From contig CAYTGU010000005.1 in the NCBI GenBank assembly GCA_964437505.1, positions 15,645 to 79,644 of the forward strand: DNA of 64,000 nt. Direction: 5' to 3'. The position numbers and the translations under genes are program-made. The notes below the pieces were generated by a model. It was not told where the DNA came from. It did not search any database and saw only the letters and a list, made by a program, of their open reading frames with translations. Shown here one piece after another: positions 36,716 to 47,130 of this stretch; the stretch's first letter is position 1, and every line of letters starts with the position of its first letter. Source of the DNA: an uncultured bacterium. GTDB lineage: Bacteria > JAHJDO01.

Positions 36716-37739
36716 TGATATTGTTGGACAAGAAATACCTATAAGACTTTTGCAGAATTCGTTAAAACATAGAAGAGTCTCTCATGCTTATCTATTTATT
36801 GGTCCGCGTGGAGTGGGTAAAAAGTTAACAGCAATTAATCTTGCCAAGGCATTGAATTGTGAAGAGTCCGCTAAGGTTCCTTGTGATAGATGTGTAAGTT
36901 GCAAAAAAATAGATGCTTCCATACATCCGGATGTAAAATGTATTTATCCAACAGGGCCTTCTTTATCCATAACAATCGATAATATTAGAGAATTAAGAAC
37001 ACAAATATCGTTTAAAACATATGAGGGGAAGAAAAAAGTATATATTATTGCAGAAGCAGAAAATATGGGACTTCAAGCTGCAAATTGTCTTTTAAAAACA
37101 CTGGAAGAACCCCCCGATAATTCTATACTAATCTTAACTTCTACAGACTCACATCTGCTTTTACAAACTATAGTTTCACGTTGTCAAACAGTTCCTTTTA
37201 GCAGAATAGAGCTTCGAAGAATTGAAAACTTTTTAATAGAGCATCATAGAGTAAACAAATCTCTTGCTCGTTTCATAGCCAATTTATCCCAGGGTAGTTT
37301 AGGTGAGGCGCTTAAGTTGAAAGATGATACTCAAATACCTCTCATAAAGACAAAATTAATGGATGTTCTTAATAGATTGAGGAATGAAGATGTACTTGGT
37401 CTTGTAGGGGAGTTCAATAAGGAAATCTTTGCTAATGGTCATGATGAGAAGAGGATGGATGTTGCAGAATATAGAAATAAGTTACATATAGGCTTGGACA
37501 TGCTTACAACATGTCTCAGAGATATTGCGATATTGAAACAAGCTAGAGAACAAGTTCCTCTTATTAATTTGGATATTAGAGAAGATCTAAAACAACTGGA
37601 GAATCAGTTCTCTCTGTCTCAGATTGATGGCTTTTTGAACACAATTACTGATATGAAGATGTATGTAAAGAACAATGTTAATCCTCAACTTATTTTAGAA
37701 AGACTACTTTTGGACATGCAAGGGAAGGTAGATGCATAA
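36705..37739 (+). CDS. holB: DNA polymerase III subunit delta' (clamp loader).
   Basis: 344 aa AAA+ fold with GPRGVGKK and a C..C..C zinc module. It follows tmk as in many bacteria. Confidence 0.8.
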   Translation: MSFNDIVGQEIPIRLLQNSLKHRRVSHAYLFIGPRGVGKKLTAINLAKALNCEESAKVPCDRCVSCKKIDASIHPDVKCIYPTGPSLSITIDNIRELRTQISFKTYEGKKKVYIIAEAENMGLQAANCLLKTLEEPPDNSILILTSTDSHLLLQTIVSRCQTVPFSRIELRRIENFLIEHHRVNKSLARFIANLSQGSLGEALKLKDDTQIPLIKTKLMDVLNRLRNEDVLGLVGEFNKEIFANGHDEKRMDVAEYRNKLHIGLDMLTTCLRDIAILKQAREQVPLINLDIREDLKQLENQFSLSQIDGFLNTITDMKMYVKNNVNPQLILERLLLDMQGKVDA

Positions 37740-38511
37740 GATAACGCAGGTTAGAATTTGCAGAGACAGAACACTATGGCTTGATGTTGGGAATACTATT
37801 CCTAAATACAATGATTACTGCTTAATAGAGACAGATGGAGATAAATATTACGCTAAAGTTGCATCAGGCATACGAGAGGTAGCTGATTGTATATGTTCTA
37901 AAGACAATGGACAAATCATTAGAGTTGCAACAGAGAATGATATAAGTCAGATACAGGATATATTGGAACGAGAGAAAAAGTCATTGGCGATATGTTTAGA
38001 AAAAGCAGATAAACACGGTCTTCCAATTAGAGTTATAGATGCAAAATTCGCACACGACAGAAGTAAAATAATCTTTCATTTTGTAGCAGACAACAGAGTG
38101 GATTTTAGAGACCTGTTAAAAGATATTGAACACACATTAAAAACGAGAGTAGAATTAAGGCAAATAGGCGTGCGGGATAGAGCGAAAATTGTTACGGGAT
38201 GTGGGCATTGTGGGAGAGTTCTTTGTTGTGCAAGCTTTATTAAGGAGTTTCAGGCAGTTACTATTCAAAATGCTAAATCTCAGAATTTCCACTTAGACCC
38301 TTCAAAAATATCTGGTTTATGTGGACGCTTGATGTGCTGTCTGAGATATGAATCGGAGTTGTATCAAGAGATGAGAAAATCCTTTCCCAAAATAGATACA
38401 ACGGTGAATACAGAACACGGACAGGGGAAGGTCGTTGATTTAAATATACTCAGAAGCAGTGTTACTGTAGAATTGGAGAGTGGTAAAAGGTACGAACATA
38501 AGATAAAATAG
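37732..38511 (+). CDS. ricT: PSP1-domain protein (YaaT/RicT-like).
   Basis: Contains CGHCGRVLCCASF and GLCGRLMCCLRYE PSP1 C-terminal motifs. It sits in the conserved holB-yaaT neighbourhood. Confidence 0.75.
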   Translation: MHKITQVRICRDRTLWLDVGNTIPKYNDYCLIETDGDKYYAKVASGIREVADCICSKDNGQIIRVATENDISQIQDILEREKKSLAICLEKADKHGLPIRVIDAKFAHDRSKIIFHFVADNRVDFRDLLKDIEHTLKTRVELRQIGVRDRAKIVTGCGHCGRVLCCASFIKEFQAVTIQNAKSQNFHLDPSKISGLCGRLMCCLRYESELYQEMRKSFPKIDTTVNTEHGQGKVVDLNILRSSVTVELESGKRYEHKIK

Positions 38512-38528
38512 GGAAAGAGGATGATATT

Positions 38529-39305
38529 ATGAGAATTTTTGCTATTGGAATGCATCCTGATGATGTAGAGTTTATTATGGCAGGGACTCTTGCTCTGCTA
38601 AAGAAGAAAAGGCATAAGATAACCATTGCAACTGTAGGGTCAGGAGATATGGGATCTGTTGAATATGTTCCAGCAGACCTGAGTAGAAAACGCTATATGG
38701 AGGCTAAGGCATCAGCAGAACTGCTTGAAGCAGAATACATTAGTTGTGGCATATCCTGTTTGCATGTTGTGTTTGATAATCCAACAAGGTTTATGGTTAC
38801 GGAAATGATACGAAAAATAGACCCTGACATTGTTATTACTATGTCTCCTCAGGATTATATGAAGGATCATGAGATAACTGCTGATTTGGTCTGGGATGCG
38901 TGTTTCAACGCGTCAATTCCCAATTATCATACTTGTTTGGTAAATCCAGCAAAAGCAACATCTAAGATTCCATATTTATACTATGGAGATCCATTGGATT
39001 TAACGGATAGATTCGGTAATTCTATAGAGCCTGAGTTTTATATAGACATTAAAGATGTGATGGAAACCAAATCAAGTATGTTAAAGAAACATGAAAGTCA
39101 ACGGTCATGGTTAAAAAGGCAGCACGGCATGGACAAATATACAGAGACTATGAAAGAACTTTCACGCAGAAGAGGAAACGAGATTGGCATAGAACATGCC
39201 GAAGGATTCAGACAACATAAAGGACATCCATTTCCTCAGGATAATATTTTAGAGAAATTGTTGAAAAACAAGGTTAAATATAAAAAGCAAGATAACGGAG
39301 GATAA
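38529..39305 (+). CDS. PIG-L/LmbE-family N-acetylglucosaminyl deacetylase.
   Basis: Contains [11 protein letters not shown], the H-P-DD metal motif of LmbE-like deacetylases. Length is 258 aa. Confidence 0.75.
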   Translation: MRIFAIGMHPDDVEFIMAGTLALLKKKRHKITIATVGSGDMGSVEYVPADLSRKRYMEAKASAELLEAEYISCGISCLHVVFDNPTRFMVTEMIRKIDPDIVITMSPQDYMKDHEITADLVWDACFNASIPNYHTCLVNPAKATSKIPYLYYGDPLDLTDRFGNSIEPEFYIDIKDVMETKSSMLKKHESQRSWLKRQHGMDKYTETMKELSRRRGNEIGIEHAEGFRQHKGHPFPQDNILEKLLKNKVKYKKQDNGG

Positions 39306-39307
39306 CT

Positions 39308-40258
39308 ATGGATTTAATGAGCACAATTAAAGGATCTTTGTTAGAAAATTTCTTCCCGCAAGGATGGGATATGGAGAAGCTGGACAAATGTTGTGATAAT
39401 CCCCCTGAGTCTATTACTGAGCGTCAGAATTGGTGGAATAAGCAGTTTGAACCTGTTCCATGCGAAACCTTGAGTGATTTCGATACCATGATGGGGCATG
39501 AAATAGCCATAGAGATTAAAAGGGCGGGAGATGAGGGCAGGAAGATAGCATTTATATTGCCTGTTGGTCCTATGGGAATGTATAAATGGGCTGTTTATTT
39601 TCTAAAAGAATGGAATGTGGATTGCAAACATGTTTATGGATTTAATATGGATGAATGGAGCGATAAAGATGGAAATACATTGCCTTCTGATAATACAGGG
39701 GCTTTTCAAAATGCAATGCAGCAAGCTTTTTACGGACCGCTCGGAGATCTAACTGTTCCCAAAGGACAGCGGCATTTTGCTACAAAGGAAATGCTCTCCA
39801 CATATCCTGAGAAGATAAGAGAACTCAAGGCAGAAGGAGCGGAGCTTGTAGTTGTCTTTGGTATTGGAAGAGTATTTCACATTGCATTCTGGGAGCCGCA
39901 TTTTGCCAGCGAGTTTTCAGGAGAGGAAGAATGGAAGAAGCAGGAATACAGACTGGGAGCAAAGTTGCATCCTCTGACTATAGAGCAGAACGCAGTAACC
40001 AGTTTTAAGAGCAGGACAACACTTGTTCCGTGTTTTGCAAATACAATTGGTCCTGGTCTATTCCTTAAGGCGAATAAAATAATCGGCGGATGTGACGGGA
40101 CATTAGGCAGGGGAATGATGTGGCAGGGATTATCTCTCTGGGTTACTTTAAGACACGGACCAAGCATCTGGATTCCTTCCAGCTTTATGCCTACTTTGGC
40201 AGGAAAACTCTTCTTTATGAAAGAGCTTGCAGGTCCATTAGTAGCAGACTGTAATTGA
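39308..40258 (+). CDS. Glucosamine-6-phosphate deaminase/isomerase (NagB)-like family protein.
   Basis: 316 aa with [11 protein letters not shown]...VYGFNMDEW, which resembles the NagB G.TP...Y...FNLDEY core. Confidence 0.55.
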   Translation: MDLMSTIKGSLLENFFPQGWDMEKLDKCCDNPPESITERQNWWNKQFEPVPCETLSDFDTMMGHEIAIEIKRAGDEGRKIAFILPVGPMGMYKWAVYFLKEWNVDCKHVYGFNMDEWSDKDGNTLPSDNTGAFQNAMQQAFYGPLGDLTVPKGQRHFATKEMLSTYPEKIRELKAEGAELVVVFGIGRVFHIAFWEPHFASEFSGEEEWKKQEYRLGAKLHPLTIEQNAVTSFKSRTTLVPCFANTIGPGLFLKANKIIGGCDGTLGRGMMWQGLSLWVTLRHGPSIWIPSSFMPTLAGKLFFMKELAGPLVADCN

Positions 40259-40282
40259 TTTATGTAAAAACATAAAGTCTTT

Positions 40283-40368
40283 GCCGGAGTGGTGGAACTG
40301 GCAGACGCGCCGGACTCAAAATCCGGTGGAGCTTAAACTCCGTGAGGGTTCGACTCCCTCCTCCGGCA
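40283..40368 (+). tRNA. tRNA-Leu (anticodon CAA), with a long variable arm.
   Basis: Acceptor GCCGGAG/CTCCGGC, anticodon stem CCGGA/TCCGG with loop CTCAAAA, and a TTCGACT T-loop. Length is 86 nt. Confidence 0.8.
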
Positions 40369-40393
40369 CTAAACAAACATTTAGGGGAATGTT

Positions 40394-41890
40394 ATGAAAA
40401 AGGAATTAATTATAAGCGTAGACGCTTATGAAGTAAGGACAGCGTTGTTGGAAGAAGGTGTCTTGGCTGAGTTTGCTATTGAAAGAAAAGGGGAAAGACG
40501 CATTGCAGGCAATATTTACAAAGGCAAGGTAAAAGCCATACTGCCAGGTATACAATCCGCATTTGTAGATATAGGGCTGGAGAAAAACGGATTTCTGCAC
40601 GTTAAGGATATAGCAACTCCTTCAGCAGTACTGGAAGATGTAGAAGAGTGCGAAGGAAGTGGTGGAATAGTTTCAAAGAGATCTCAAAAAGAGTCTATAT
40701 CAGATATTCTGACTAATGATCAGGAAATACTTGTTCAAGTTATAAAGGAACAATTGGGAACAAAAGGAGTGAAGCTGTCGTCTTTTATTTCTATACCTGG
40801 TAGATTCTTGGTTTTGATGCCAACAGTTAATCATATAGGTGTATCCAGAAAAATAGATAATCAAAATGAAAGATATCGCTTAAAAGAGATTGCTAAAAAA
40901 ATCAGACCTGAGAATATGGGGCTTATTATTAGAACAGGAGGTGCAGGAAAGACAGAAAAAGAGTTCGCTGATGAAATTAATTATTTGGTAAGACTCTGGA
41001 GAAGGATTCAAAAAAGGGCGAAAATATCTGAGGCATTGACCGTGGTTTACCAAGAGTATAATTTGATCCACAGGCTTGTGCGGGACTTACTGCGTCCTGA
41101 CATTCAAACAGTGTTGATAGATTCAAGTGATGAATATAACAAGTTGAGACAGTTTGTGGGTGGAGTATTGCCTGAAATGAAATCTCGTATAAAATTATAC
41201 AATGAGAAACAGAAGTTATTTGATAAGTATAATCTAGAAAAAGAGATAGATAAAGCGTTGCAAAATAAAGTAAGACTAAAAAGTGGTGGATGGATATTAA
41301 TTGAACAGACAGAGGCTCTTGTTTCTATAGACGTAAACACAGGGAAATATGTGGGGAAAACCTCCTTAGATGATACAGTTTTAAAAACTAATCTTGAGGC
41401 TGCTGTAGCGATAGCTCGTCAACTTCGTCTCAAGGATATGGGAGGAATTATAATAATCGATTTTATTGATATGAAGTATGAAAAGCATAAACATAAGTTA
41501 TTGCAAGTTTTTAAAGATGCTTTAAAAAGGGACAGAGCTAAGACTACAGTAGCGCAATTAAGCAAACTTGGTCTTGCCGAAATGACCAGACAAAGAGTTA
41601 AGCAAAGTGTCATTGATTACTTATTCCAAGTTTGTCCTTATTGTAAGGGAAAAGGCAATATAAAGTCGTTAGCAACTACATGTATTGAGTTACAGCGAAG
41701 AATAGAGCAATTATGTGCGACCAGATCAATGCGGACTGTTTGGGTAAAGATTCACCCATCTATATCTTCTTATCTTACAAAGCATTATAGAAAAACATTG
41801 ATTGGGTTGGAATTAACACATAATAAAAAAATCATTCTGGAATCGGATCTAAGCATGCATATAGAGGCTTCGGAAGTAAAATGTTTGTAA
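40394..41890 (+). CDS. rng: Ribonuclease G/E family endoribonuclease.
   Basis: 498 aa with an N-terminal S1 domain (GNIYKGKVKAILPGIQSAFVDIG) followed by the RNase E/G catalytic core. Confidence 0.85.
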   Translation: MKKELIISVDAYEVRTALLEEGVLAEFAIERKGERRIAGNIYKGKVKAILPGIQSAFVDIGLEKNGFLHVKDIATPSAVLEDVEECEGSGGIVSKRSQKESISDILTNDQEILVQVIKEQLGTKGVKLSSFISIPGRFLVLMPTVNHIGVSRKIDNQNERYRLKEIAKKIRPENMGLIIRTGGAGKTEKEFADEINYLVRLWRRIQKRAKISEALTVVYQEYNLIHRLVRDLLRPDIQTVLIDSSDEYNKLRQFVGGVLPEMKSRIKLYNEKQKLFDKYNLEKEIDKALQNKVRLKSGGWILIEQTEALVSIDVNTGKYVGKTSLDDTVLKTNLEAAVAIARQLRLKDMGGIIIIDFIDMKYEKHKHKLLQVFKDALKRDRAKTTVAQLSKLGLAEMTRQRVKQSVIDYLFQVCPYCKGKGNIKSLATTCIELQRRIEQLCATRSMRTVWVKIHPSISSYLTKHYRKTLIGLELTHNKKIILESDLSMHIEASEVKCL

Positions 41891-41916
41891 TACTATGACA
41901 TGGTGGGCATTCAAGT

Positions 41917-41945
41917 TTGACAATTGCTTACGTGTATGCTACTCT
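41917..41945 (+). promoter_or_regulatory. Candidate sigma70 promoter for rplU: TTGACA-N17-TACTCT.
   Basis: Read directly upstream of the GTG start of rplU. The -10 element is weak. Confidence 0.3.
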
Positions 41946-41973
41946 CCGTCAACAATTAAAAAGGGGATATAAA

Positions 41974-42306
41974 GTGCAAGCAGTTATTGTTACGGGTGGC
42001 AAGCAGTTCAAAGTTTCAGAAGGTGATGTTATAAAAACAGAAAAGATCGAAAAAAAGGTTGGTGACAAGATTAGTTTTGAACCTATCTTTATTTCTGATA
42101 AAGAAACTGTATCCGTAGATAAAGATTATCTAAAGGATGCGAAGGTTCATGGGGAAGTTGTCTCACAGATTAAAGGGAAGAAAATTATAGTATTTAAAAA
42201 GAAAAGACGCAAGGGTTACAGTCGTAAGATTGGACATAGGCAGCTTTTGACAGAGGTTAAGATTGGGAAAATATCTCTTGCAAAGGAAGAGAAAAAAAGT
42301 GCGTGA
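41974..42306 (+). CDS. rplU: 50S ribosomal protein L21. The GTG start at 41974 is preferred over the track's ATG at 41917.
   Basis: (M)QAVIVTGGKQFKVSEGDVIK matches the L21 N-terminus. An AAAAAGGGGA RBS sits 7 nt upstream of the GTG. Confidence 0.85.
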   Translation: MQAVIVTGGKQFKVSEGDVIKTEKIEKKVGDKISFEPIFISDKETVSVDKDYLKDAKVHGEVVSQIKGKKIIVFKKKRRKGYSRKIGHRQLLTEVKIGKISLAKEEKKSA

Positions 42307-42937
42307 TAAAAAACTAGAATCTGACATCATAGACCTAAAGGAATTTATTCGACTTTGGGTTACATTTGGAGAGTTTCTAAAACAAGGCGAAGAGAATTTA
42401 AATGCACAAAAAGAGCAGGAGTTTATGGAGGCGAAAAGTCTTCTAGCGCGTAAGTATGAGTCAGTAAGCGGGGTACTTGAAGGTCAATACAGTCCTGATA
42501 ATAAAATATCAAGTATACTAAGTCAATCAGTTTCATTGAATAATATAGCTTCCTCAGATATGCAATCCAGAAAACTGGAGAATGACTGGCATGTTTCTTA
42601 TATATTCCTGAATAAACGATTGGGAGGGCTTGAAGGGCAGAAAGAGAAGTTAGCTAAAATCAGCACACTAGGAACTATAATTATACCAAAAATCAGAAGA
42701 GGACTAATTAAGCTTTTCGTTTTTGTAGTACTAATAGCTATTTTGACAGCAGGAGCTTATATTGGATATAGAGTGCTTTTTGTGAAGGCTGTTGTAGAAC
42801 CTGAGGTAAAAACAAATGTTCCTGTACAAGTAGCAGAGAATGTTGTTGAGAACAAGACCATTATTACTAATATTAGAAATATATTGAACGAAATAGCGGA
42901 TAAGATAAAGAAGGATGGACGAAGTGAAATCAAGTAG
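42263..42937 (+). CDS. Hypothetical single-pass membrane protein. It sits where rpmA (L27) is normally found. The start is uncertain (possibly GTG at 42299 or a later ATG).
   Basis: One TM helix (LIKLFVFVVLIAILTAGAYIGY) and no recognisable family. Its 5' end overlaps the rplU stop. Confidence 0.45.
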   Translation: MGKYLLQRKRKKVRDKKLESDIIDLKEFIRLWVTFGEFLKQGEENLNAQKEQEFMEAKSLLARKYESVSGVLEGQYSPDNKISSILSQSVSLNNIASSDMQSRKLENDWHVSYIFLNKRLGGLEGQKEKLAKISTLGTIIIPKIRRGLIKLFVFVVLIAILTAGAYIGYRVLFVKAVVEPEVKTNVPVQVAENVVENKTIITNIRNILNEIADKIKKDGRSEIK

Positions 42938-42949
42938 AGGAATTCAATA

Positions 42950-43225
42950 ATGACAAAGAGAGACATTGTAATAAAGATTTCTGAAGAGTTGGGAGTGACT
43001 CAAGTTATTGTAGCAAAAGTGGTTGATAGACTGTTACACCATGTATGTGATAGTGTTCTCAAAGGAGAAAAGGTGGAATTGCGTAACTTCGGTGTTTTTG
43101 AACAAAAGTCGAGAAAAGCCAGACTGGGCCGTAATCCAAAGACTGGGCAGGAAGTACCTATCCCTGCAAGAAAAGTTGCCTACTTCAAACCAGGAAAAAT
43201 AATGAAAGAAAGGATGCTTGGCTAA
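42950..43225 (+). CDS. hup: HU/IHF-family nucleoid-associated DNA-binding protein.
   Basis: 91 aa with the ...RNFGVFE...GRNPKTG..V.IPA... beta-arm signature. Confidence 0.88.
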   Translation: MTKRDIVIKISEELGVTQVIVAKVVDRLLHHVCDSVLKGEKVELRNFGVFEQKSRKARLGRNPKTGQEVPIPARKVAYFKPGKIMKERMLG

Positions 43226-43240
43226 AAGAGATATGTCCTT

Positions 43241-43282
43241 GAGGTATAAGGCTCGGCTTTTTAGTGTCCGAGTCTTATTTTT
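43241..43282 (+). terminator. Candidate rho-independent terminator after hup.
   Basis: An imperfect hairpin GGCTCGG-cttttta-gtgtCCGAGTC followed by a TTATTTTTTTT run. Confidence 0.45.
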
Positions 43283-43295
43283 TTTGTGATAAAAG

Positions 43296-44297
43296 ATGAA
43301 AAAGTTAACGTATAAAAAAGCTGGTGTGGATATAAAAAAAGGGGACAAATTTGTAGACGTAATAAAGCCTCTTGCGAAATCCACTTTTGATAAAGGCGTA
43401 CTTAGCGGTTTAGGCGGTTTTGCTGGTTTCTATGAGCCCGATATTACTGAGTATAGCAAACCAGTTCTTCTTGGCGCAACAGATGGTGTTGGCACAAAGC
43501 TTGAAATAGCATGCAAGTGTAAAACATACAACACTGTTGGCATAGATTTAGTGGCAATGTGTGTGAATGATCTTGTTGTGCAGGGCGCAAAGCCTTTATT
43601 CTTTCTTGATTATTTAGCTACAGGGCGTCTTAATGTTAAAAGTGCGGCAAGTGTTGTAGAAGGGATTGTCAAAGGATGCAAGGATGCTGAGTGCGCTTTG
43701 CTTGGTGGAGAAACAGCAGAAATGCCCGGATTTTATAAGCCGGGCGAATATGAGCTTGCAGGCTTTACAGTAGGGATTGTGGACAAGAGCAAAATAATAA
43801 CCGGAGCAAAAATCACTTCAGGCGATGTCATAATAGGACTTCAATCCTCAGGGCTGCACAGCAATGGATTCTCTTTAGTAAGAAAGGTGTTTAATATTGA
43901 TAAGATTGGTTCGCAATTAAAGAAGGAGCTTTTGACACCTACCAGAATTTATGTAAAGGTCATTATGAAACTTTTGGGAAAATGCAAGATAAAAGGAATG
44001 GCTCATATAACGGGTGGAGGTATTGAAGGAAATCTTGCAAGGGTTCTGCCAAAAGACTGCCAGGCTCATATAAATAGAAAAAGCTGGAAAACACCTCATA
44101 TATTTGAACAAATTCAGAAAGAGGGGAATATTGAAGTAAAGGAAATGTTTAAAGTGTTTAATATGGGCATTGGGATGATACTAGTGGTCTCCAAAAAAGA
44201 GGCTGACAAAGTAATGTCTTTTCTCTCTAAAATAGGAGAAAAAGCTTATTTGCTCGGAGAGATTTCTAAAGGCAAGCGTAAGGTAAAATTGATTTGA
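43296..44297 (+). CDS. purM: Phosphoribosylformylglycinamidine cyclo-ligase (AIR synthetase).
   Basis: 333 aa with a YKKAGVDI N-terminus and GLGGFAG..., the PurM fold. Confidence 0.9.
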   Translation: MKKLTYKKAGVDIKKGDKFVDVIKPLAKSTFDKGVLSGLGGFAGFYEPDITEYSKPVLLGATDGVGTKLEIACKCKTYNTVGIDLVAMCVNDLVVQGAKPLFFLDYLATGRLNVKSAASVVEGIVKGCKDAECALLGGETAEMPGFYKPGEYELAGFTVGIVDKSKIITGAKITSGDVIIGLQSSGLHSNGFSLVRKVFNIDKIGSQLKKELLTPTRIYVKVIMKLLGKCKIKGMAHITGGGIEGNLARVLPKDCQAHINRKSWKTPHIFEQIQKEGNIEVKEMFKVFNMGIGMILVVSKKEADKVMSFLSKIGEKAYLLGEISKGKRKVKLI

Positions 44298-44908
44298 TTA
44301 TGGGAAAAGCAAAATTAGGGGTTTTGGTCTCAGGTAGAGGATCCAATCTTCAGTCTATTATTGATAATATTGAAAAAGGGAAATTGAATGCGGAAATAGC
44401 TGTTGTTATAAGTGATGTGGAGGATGCGTATGCTCTGGAAAGGGCAAGAAAGCACAATATAAGAACTTGTTTTGTTAATTCAAAGGACTTTAAAGCCCGA
44501 GGTAGATTTTTTGATGAAATAGGAAAGACTCTGGAAAAGAACAGTGTTGAATATGTGATTCTTGCAGGATTTATGAGAATAATTCCTTTATCATTGATAA
44601 ATGCATACAAAAATAAAATATTAAATATTCACCCTGCGCTCCTTCCTTCTTTTCCGGGATTGGGTGTGCAGAAAAAAACACTGGAATATGGGGTAAAATA
44701 CTCTGGCTGTACAGTGCATTTTGTTGATGAAGGGTGTGATACAGGTCCTATAGTTCTACAAGCAGTTGTTCCTGTGCTTGAGGACGATACTGAGGAAACT
44801 CTGTCTCAGCGCATTCTTAAAGAAGAACATAAAATTTATCCAGAGGCTATTGATATGGTCATAAATGGCAAGGTAAAGATTGTGGGGAGAAGGGTGATAA
44901 GAAAGTGA
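44294..44908 (+). CDS. purN: Phosphoribosylglycinamide formyltransferase.
   Basis: 204 aa with SGRGSNLQ, NIHPALLP and SGCTVHFVDEG formyltransferase motifs. Confidence 0.9.
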   Translation: MIMGKAKLGVLVSGRGSNLQSIIDNIEKGKLNAEIAVVISDVEDAYALERARKHNIRTCFVNSKDFKARGRFFDEIGKTLEKNSVEYVILAGFMRIIPLSLINAYKNKILNIHPALLPSFPGLGVQKKTLEYGVKYSGCTVHFVDEGCDTGPIVLQAVVPVLEDDTEETLSQRILKEEHKIYPEAIDMVINGKVKIVGRRVIRK

Positions 44909-45771
44909 AAAAGAGATTATTTAATAAAGTTTGTATATTTGGGGTCGGGCTTCTTGGCGGTTCCATAGGTATGGCAATTAAAAAGAATGGGCTTGCCAAT
45001 AAGGTTATTGGTATTGGCAGAGATATTGCAAAACTTAAAAAAGCTGTTTCTGCGGGAGCAGTTGATAGAGTTACAACCGATTATATAGCAGAAGTTAAGG
45101 ATGCGGATCTGATAATTCTGTCAATGCATATAAATTCTTCTATTGAAGCTGCAAAAAAAATAGCGCCTTTTTTAAAAAAAGGAACGATAGTTACTGACGT
45201 AGAAAGTACAAAGGAACTGTTTTGCCGGAAGATGCAGGAGATATTGCCTGATGGAATACATTTTGTCGGCGCGCATCCGATAGCCGGATTAGAAAGGCAC
45301 GGTGTTGATGTTGCAACCAATAGATTATTTGATGGAACAGTGTGTGTAATTGCAAAGACCTCAAAAACAAATAAAAATGCGCTCCTAAAAGTTACAAAGC
45401 TATGGAATAAAGCAGGAGCCAATGTTGCCTTTTTCTCACCAGGTCAGCATGATAAGCTCGTTGCTCTTACAAGTCATCTGCCTCATATAACAGCTGTATC
45501 GCTTATTAATGCTTTGGGCAAAAAAGGTACAGTAGATAAAGATTTAAAACTTGTTATTGGAAACGGGTTTAAAGACACAACCAGAATTGCTTCAAGCTCT
45601 CCTCAAATGTGGCAGGAAATATGTAAGACAAATAAAAAGAATATCTTGGATGTTTTATCGGGATTCCAAAGAGAACTGGATAAGATATACAAATTAATAG
45701 ACAAATCTGACAGCGAAAAACTAATCAAAGAATTTGAAAAAGCTAGGTCAATAAAAAACATTCTAGAATAA
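44905..45771 (+). CDS. tyrA: Prephenate/arogenate dehydrogenase.
   Basis: 288 aa with a Rossmann motif (IFGVGLLGGSIG) and GAHPIAG. Confidence 0.8.
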   Translation: MKKRLFNKVCIFGVGLLGGSIGMAIKKNGLANKVIGIGRDIAKLKKAVSAGAVDRVTTDYIAEVKDADLIILSMHINSSIEAAKKIAPFLKKGTIVTDVESTKELFCRKMQEILPDGIHFVGAHPIAGLERHGVDVATNRLFDGTVCVIAKTSKTNKNALLKVTKLWNKAGANVAFFSPGQHDKLVALTSHLPHITAVSLINALGKKGTVDKDLKLVIGNGFKDTTRIASSSPQMWQEICKTNKKNILDVLSGFQRELDKIYKLIDKSDSEKLIKEFEKARSIKNILE

Positions 45772-45774
45772 AGT

Positions 45775-47130
45775 ATGTATAAACCTCCATTAATAATAAC
45801 TCCTATAAAGAAATTATCCTGCACTATTTGTGTTCCCGGAGACAAATCAATTTCTCATCGCGCTGTTATTCTTGGCTCTCTTGCAAAAGGCACAACAAAA
45901 ATAACAGGTTTTCTTAAGAGCGAAGACTGCATGAGAACTGTTGAAATCTTCAGGCAGCTGGGTGTTGATATATCGATGGTCGGAAATGAGATAGTGATAA
46001 CTTCGAATGGTCTCCATGGACTAAAAGAGCCAAAAGAAGATTTATATGCAGGTAATTCAGGAACGACAATGAGACTTATGCTCGGGGTTCTGGCAGGTCA
46101 GAAGTTTACTGCAAGGATTACAGGCGATGATTCTCTTTGCAAAAGACCTATGCAAAGGGTCACAGAGCCATTAAGAAGAATGGGGGCTAAGATTACAGGT
46201 ACCGTTAAAAGTGACAACGAATATGCTCCTGTTACAATTAGTGGGGAACAGCTCTCACAAAAAAGAATAACACCGTCATTAATTCCCAGTGCACAGGTAA
46301 AATCCGCAATTCTTTTAGCAGGTTTATATGCAAAGGGTAAAACTTCAGTTTTAGAATTTTCTAAATCACGAGATCATACTGAAAGAATGCTCAAATATTT
46401 TGGAGTAAATTTGGAGATAGAAGGAGAAATAGGAGAAGGATACAAAGTGTCAATAGACGGTCACTCTCAATTGAAGTCTAAGGACATAGTTATCCCCGGA
46501 GATATTTCTTCTGCCGCGTTTTTTATTGTCGCTGCTTCATGTTTGAAAGATTCGAAAATTTTAATTAAAAATGTAGGAGTAAATCCTACGCGGACAGGTA
46601 TAATTGATGTAATGGAAGGGATGGAGGCTAATATAGAATTAAAAAACGAAAAGACAATTTCAGGAGAACCACGGGCGGATATTCTTGTTAAAAGCAGCAG
46701 GCTTAAGGGAACTACTATTGAACCTAATGAAATTCCAAGAATAATTGATGAAATTCCTATAATTGCGGTTGCTGCTGCATTTGCTAAAGGAAAGACTGTA
46801 ATCAAAGGAGTCTCTGAATTGAAAGTTAAAGAAAGCAATAGGCTCATGGCAATTGATAACCTATTTCACTACTTTGGAATGGAGCTTAATGATTGTAGTT
46901 CTGAAAGTCTGGTTATCCCGGGAGATCAAGTTAAAAACATGAAATCTAAACTCTTTGCCTTTAACAGCCTTGGAGACCACCGAATAGCTATGACAGGAAT
47001 TATTATGGGTCTTATGGCAAAAGGAGAAACAAAGATAGGGGATACAGATTGTATTAATACGTCTTTTCCTGACTTTATAAAAACATTGAAAAAAATGACT
47101 TCTGAAGGAACGATTAAAGTTGAGAAATAA
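45775..47130 (+). CDS. aroA: 3-phosphoshikimate 1-carboxyvinyltransferase (EPSP synthase).
   Basis: 451 aa with PGDKSISHRA and LGNSGTTMRL motifs. Confidence 0.9.
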   Translation: MYKPPLIITPIKKLSCTICVPGDKSISHRAVILGSLAKGTTKITGFLKSEDCMRTVEIFRQLGVDISMVGNEIVITSNGLHGLKEPKEDLYAGNSGTTMRLMLGVLAGQKFTARITGDDSLCKRPMQRVTEPLRRMGAKITGTVKSDNEYAPVTISGEQLSQKRITPSLIPSAQVKSAILLAGLYAKGKTSVLEFSKSRDHTERMLKYFGVNLEIEGEIGEGYKVSIDGHSQLKSKDIVIPGDISSAAFFIVAASCLKDSKILIKNVGVNPTRTGIIDVMEGMEANIELKNEKTISGEPRADILVKSSRLKGTTIEPNEIPRIIDEIPIIAVAAAFAKGKTVIKGVSELKVKESNRLMAIDNLFHYFGMELNDCSSESLVIPGDQVKNMKSKLFAFNSLGDHRIAMTGIIMGLMAKGETKIGDTDCINTSFPDFIKTLKKMTSEGTIKVEK

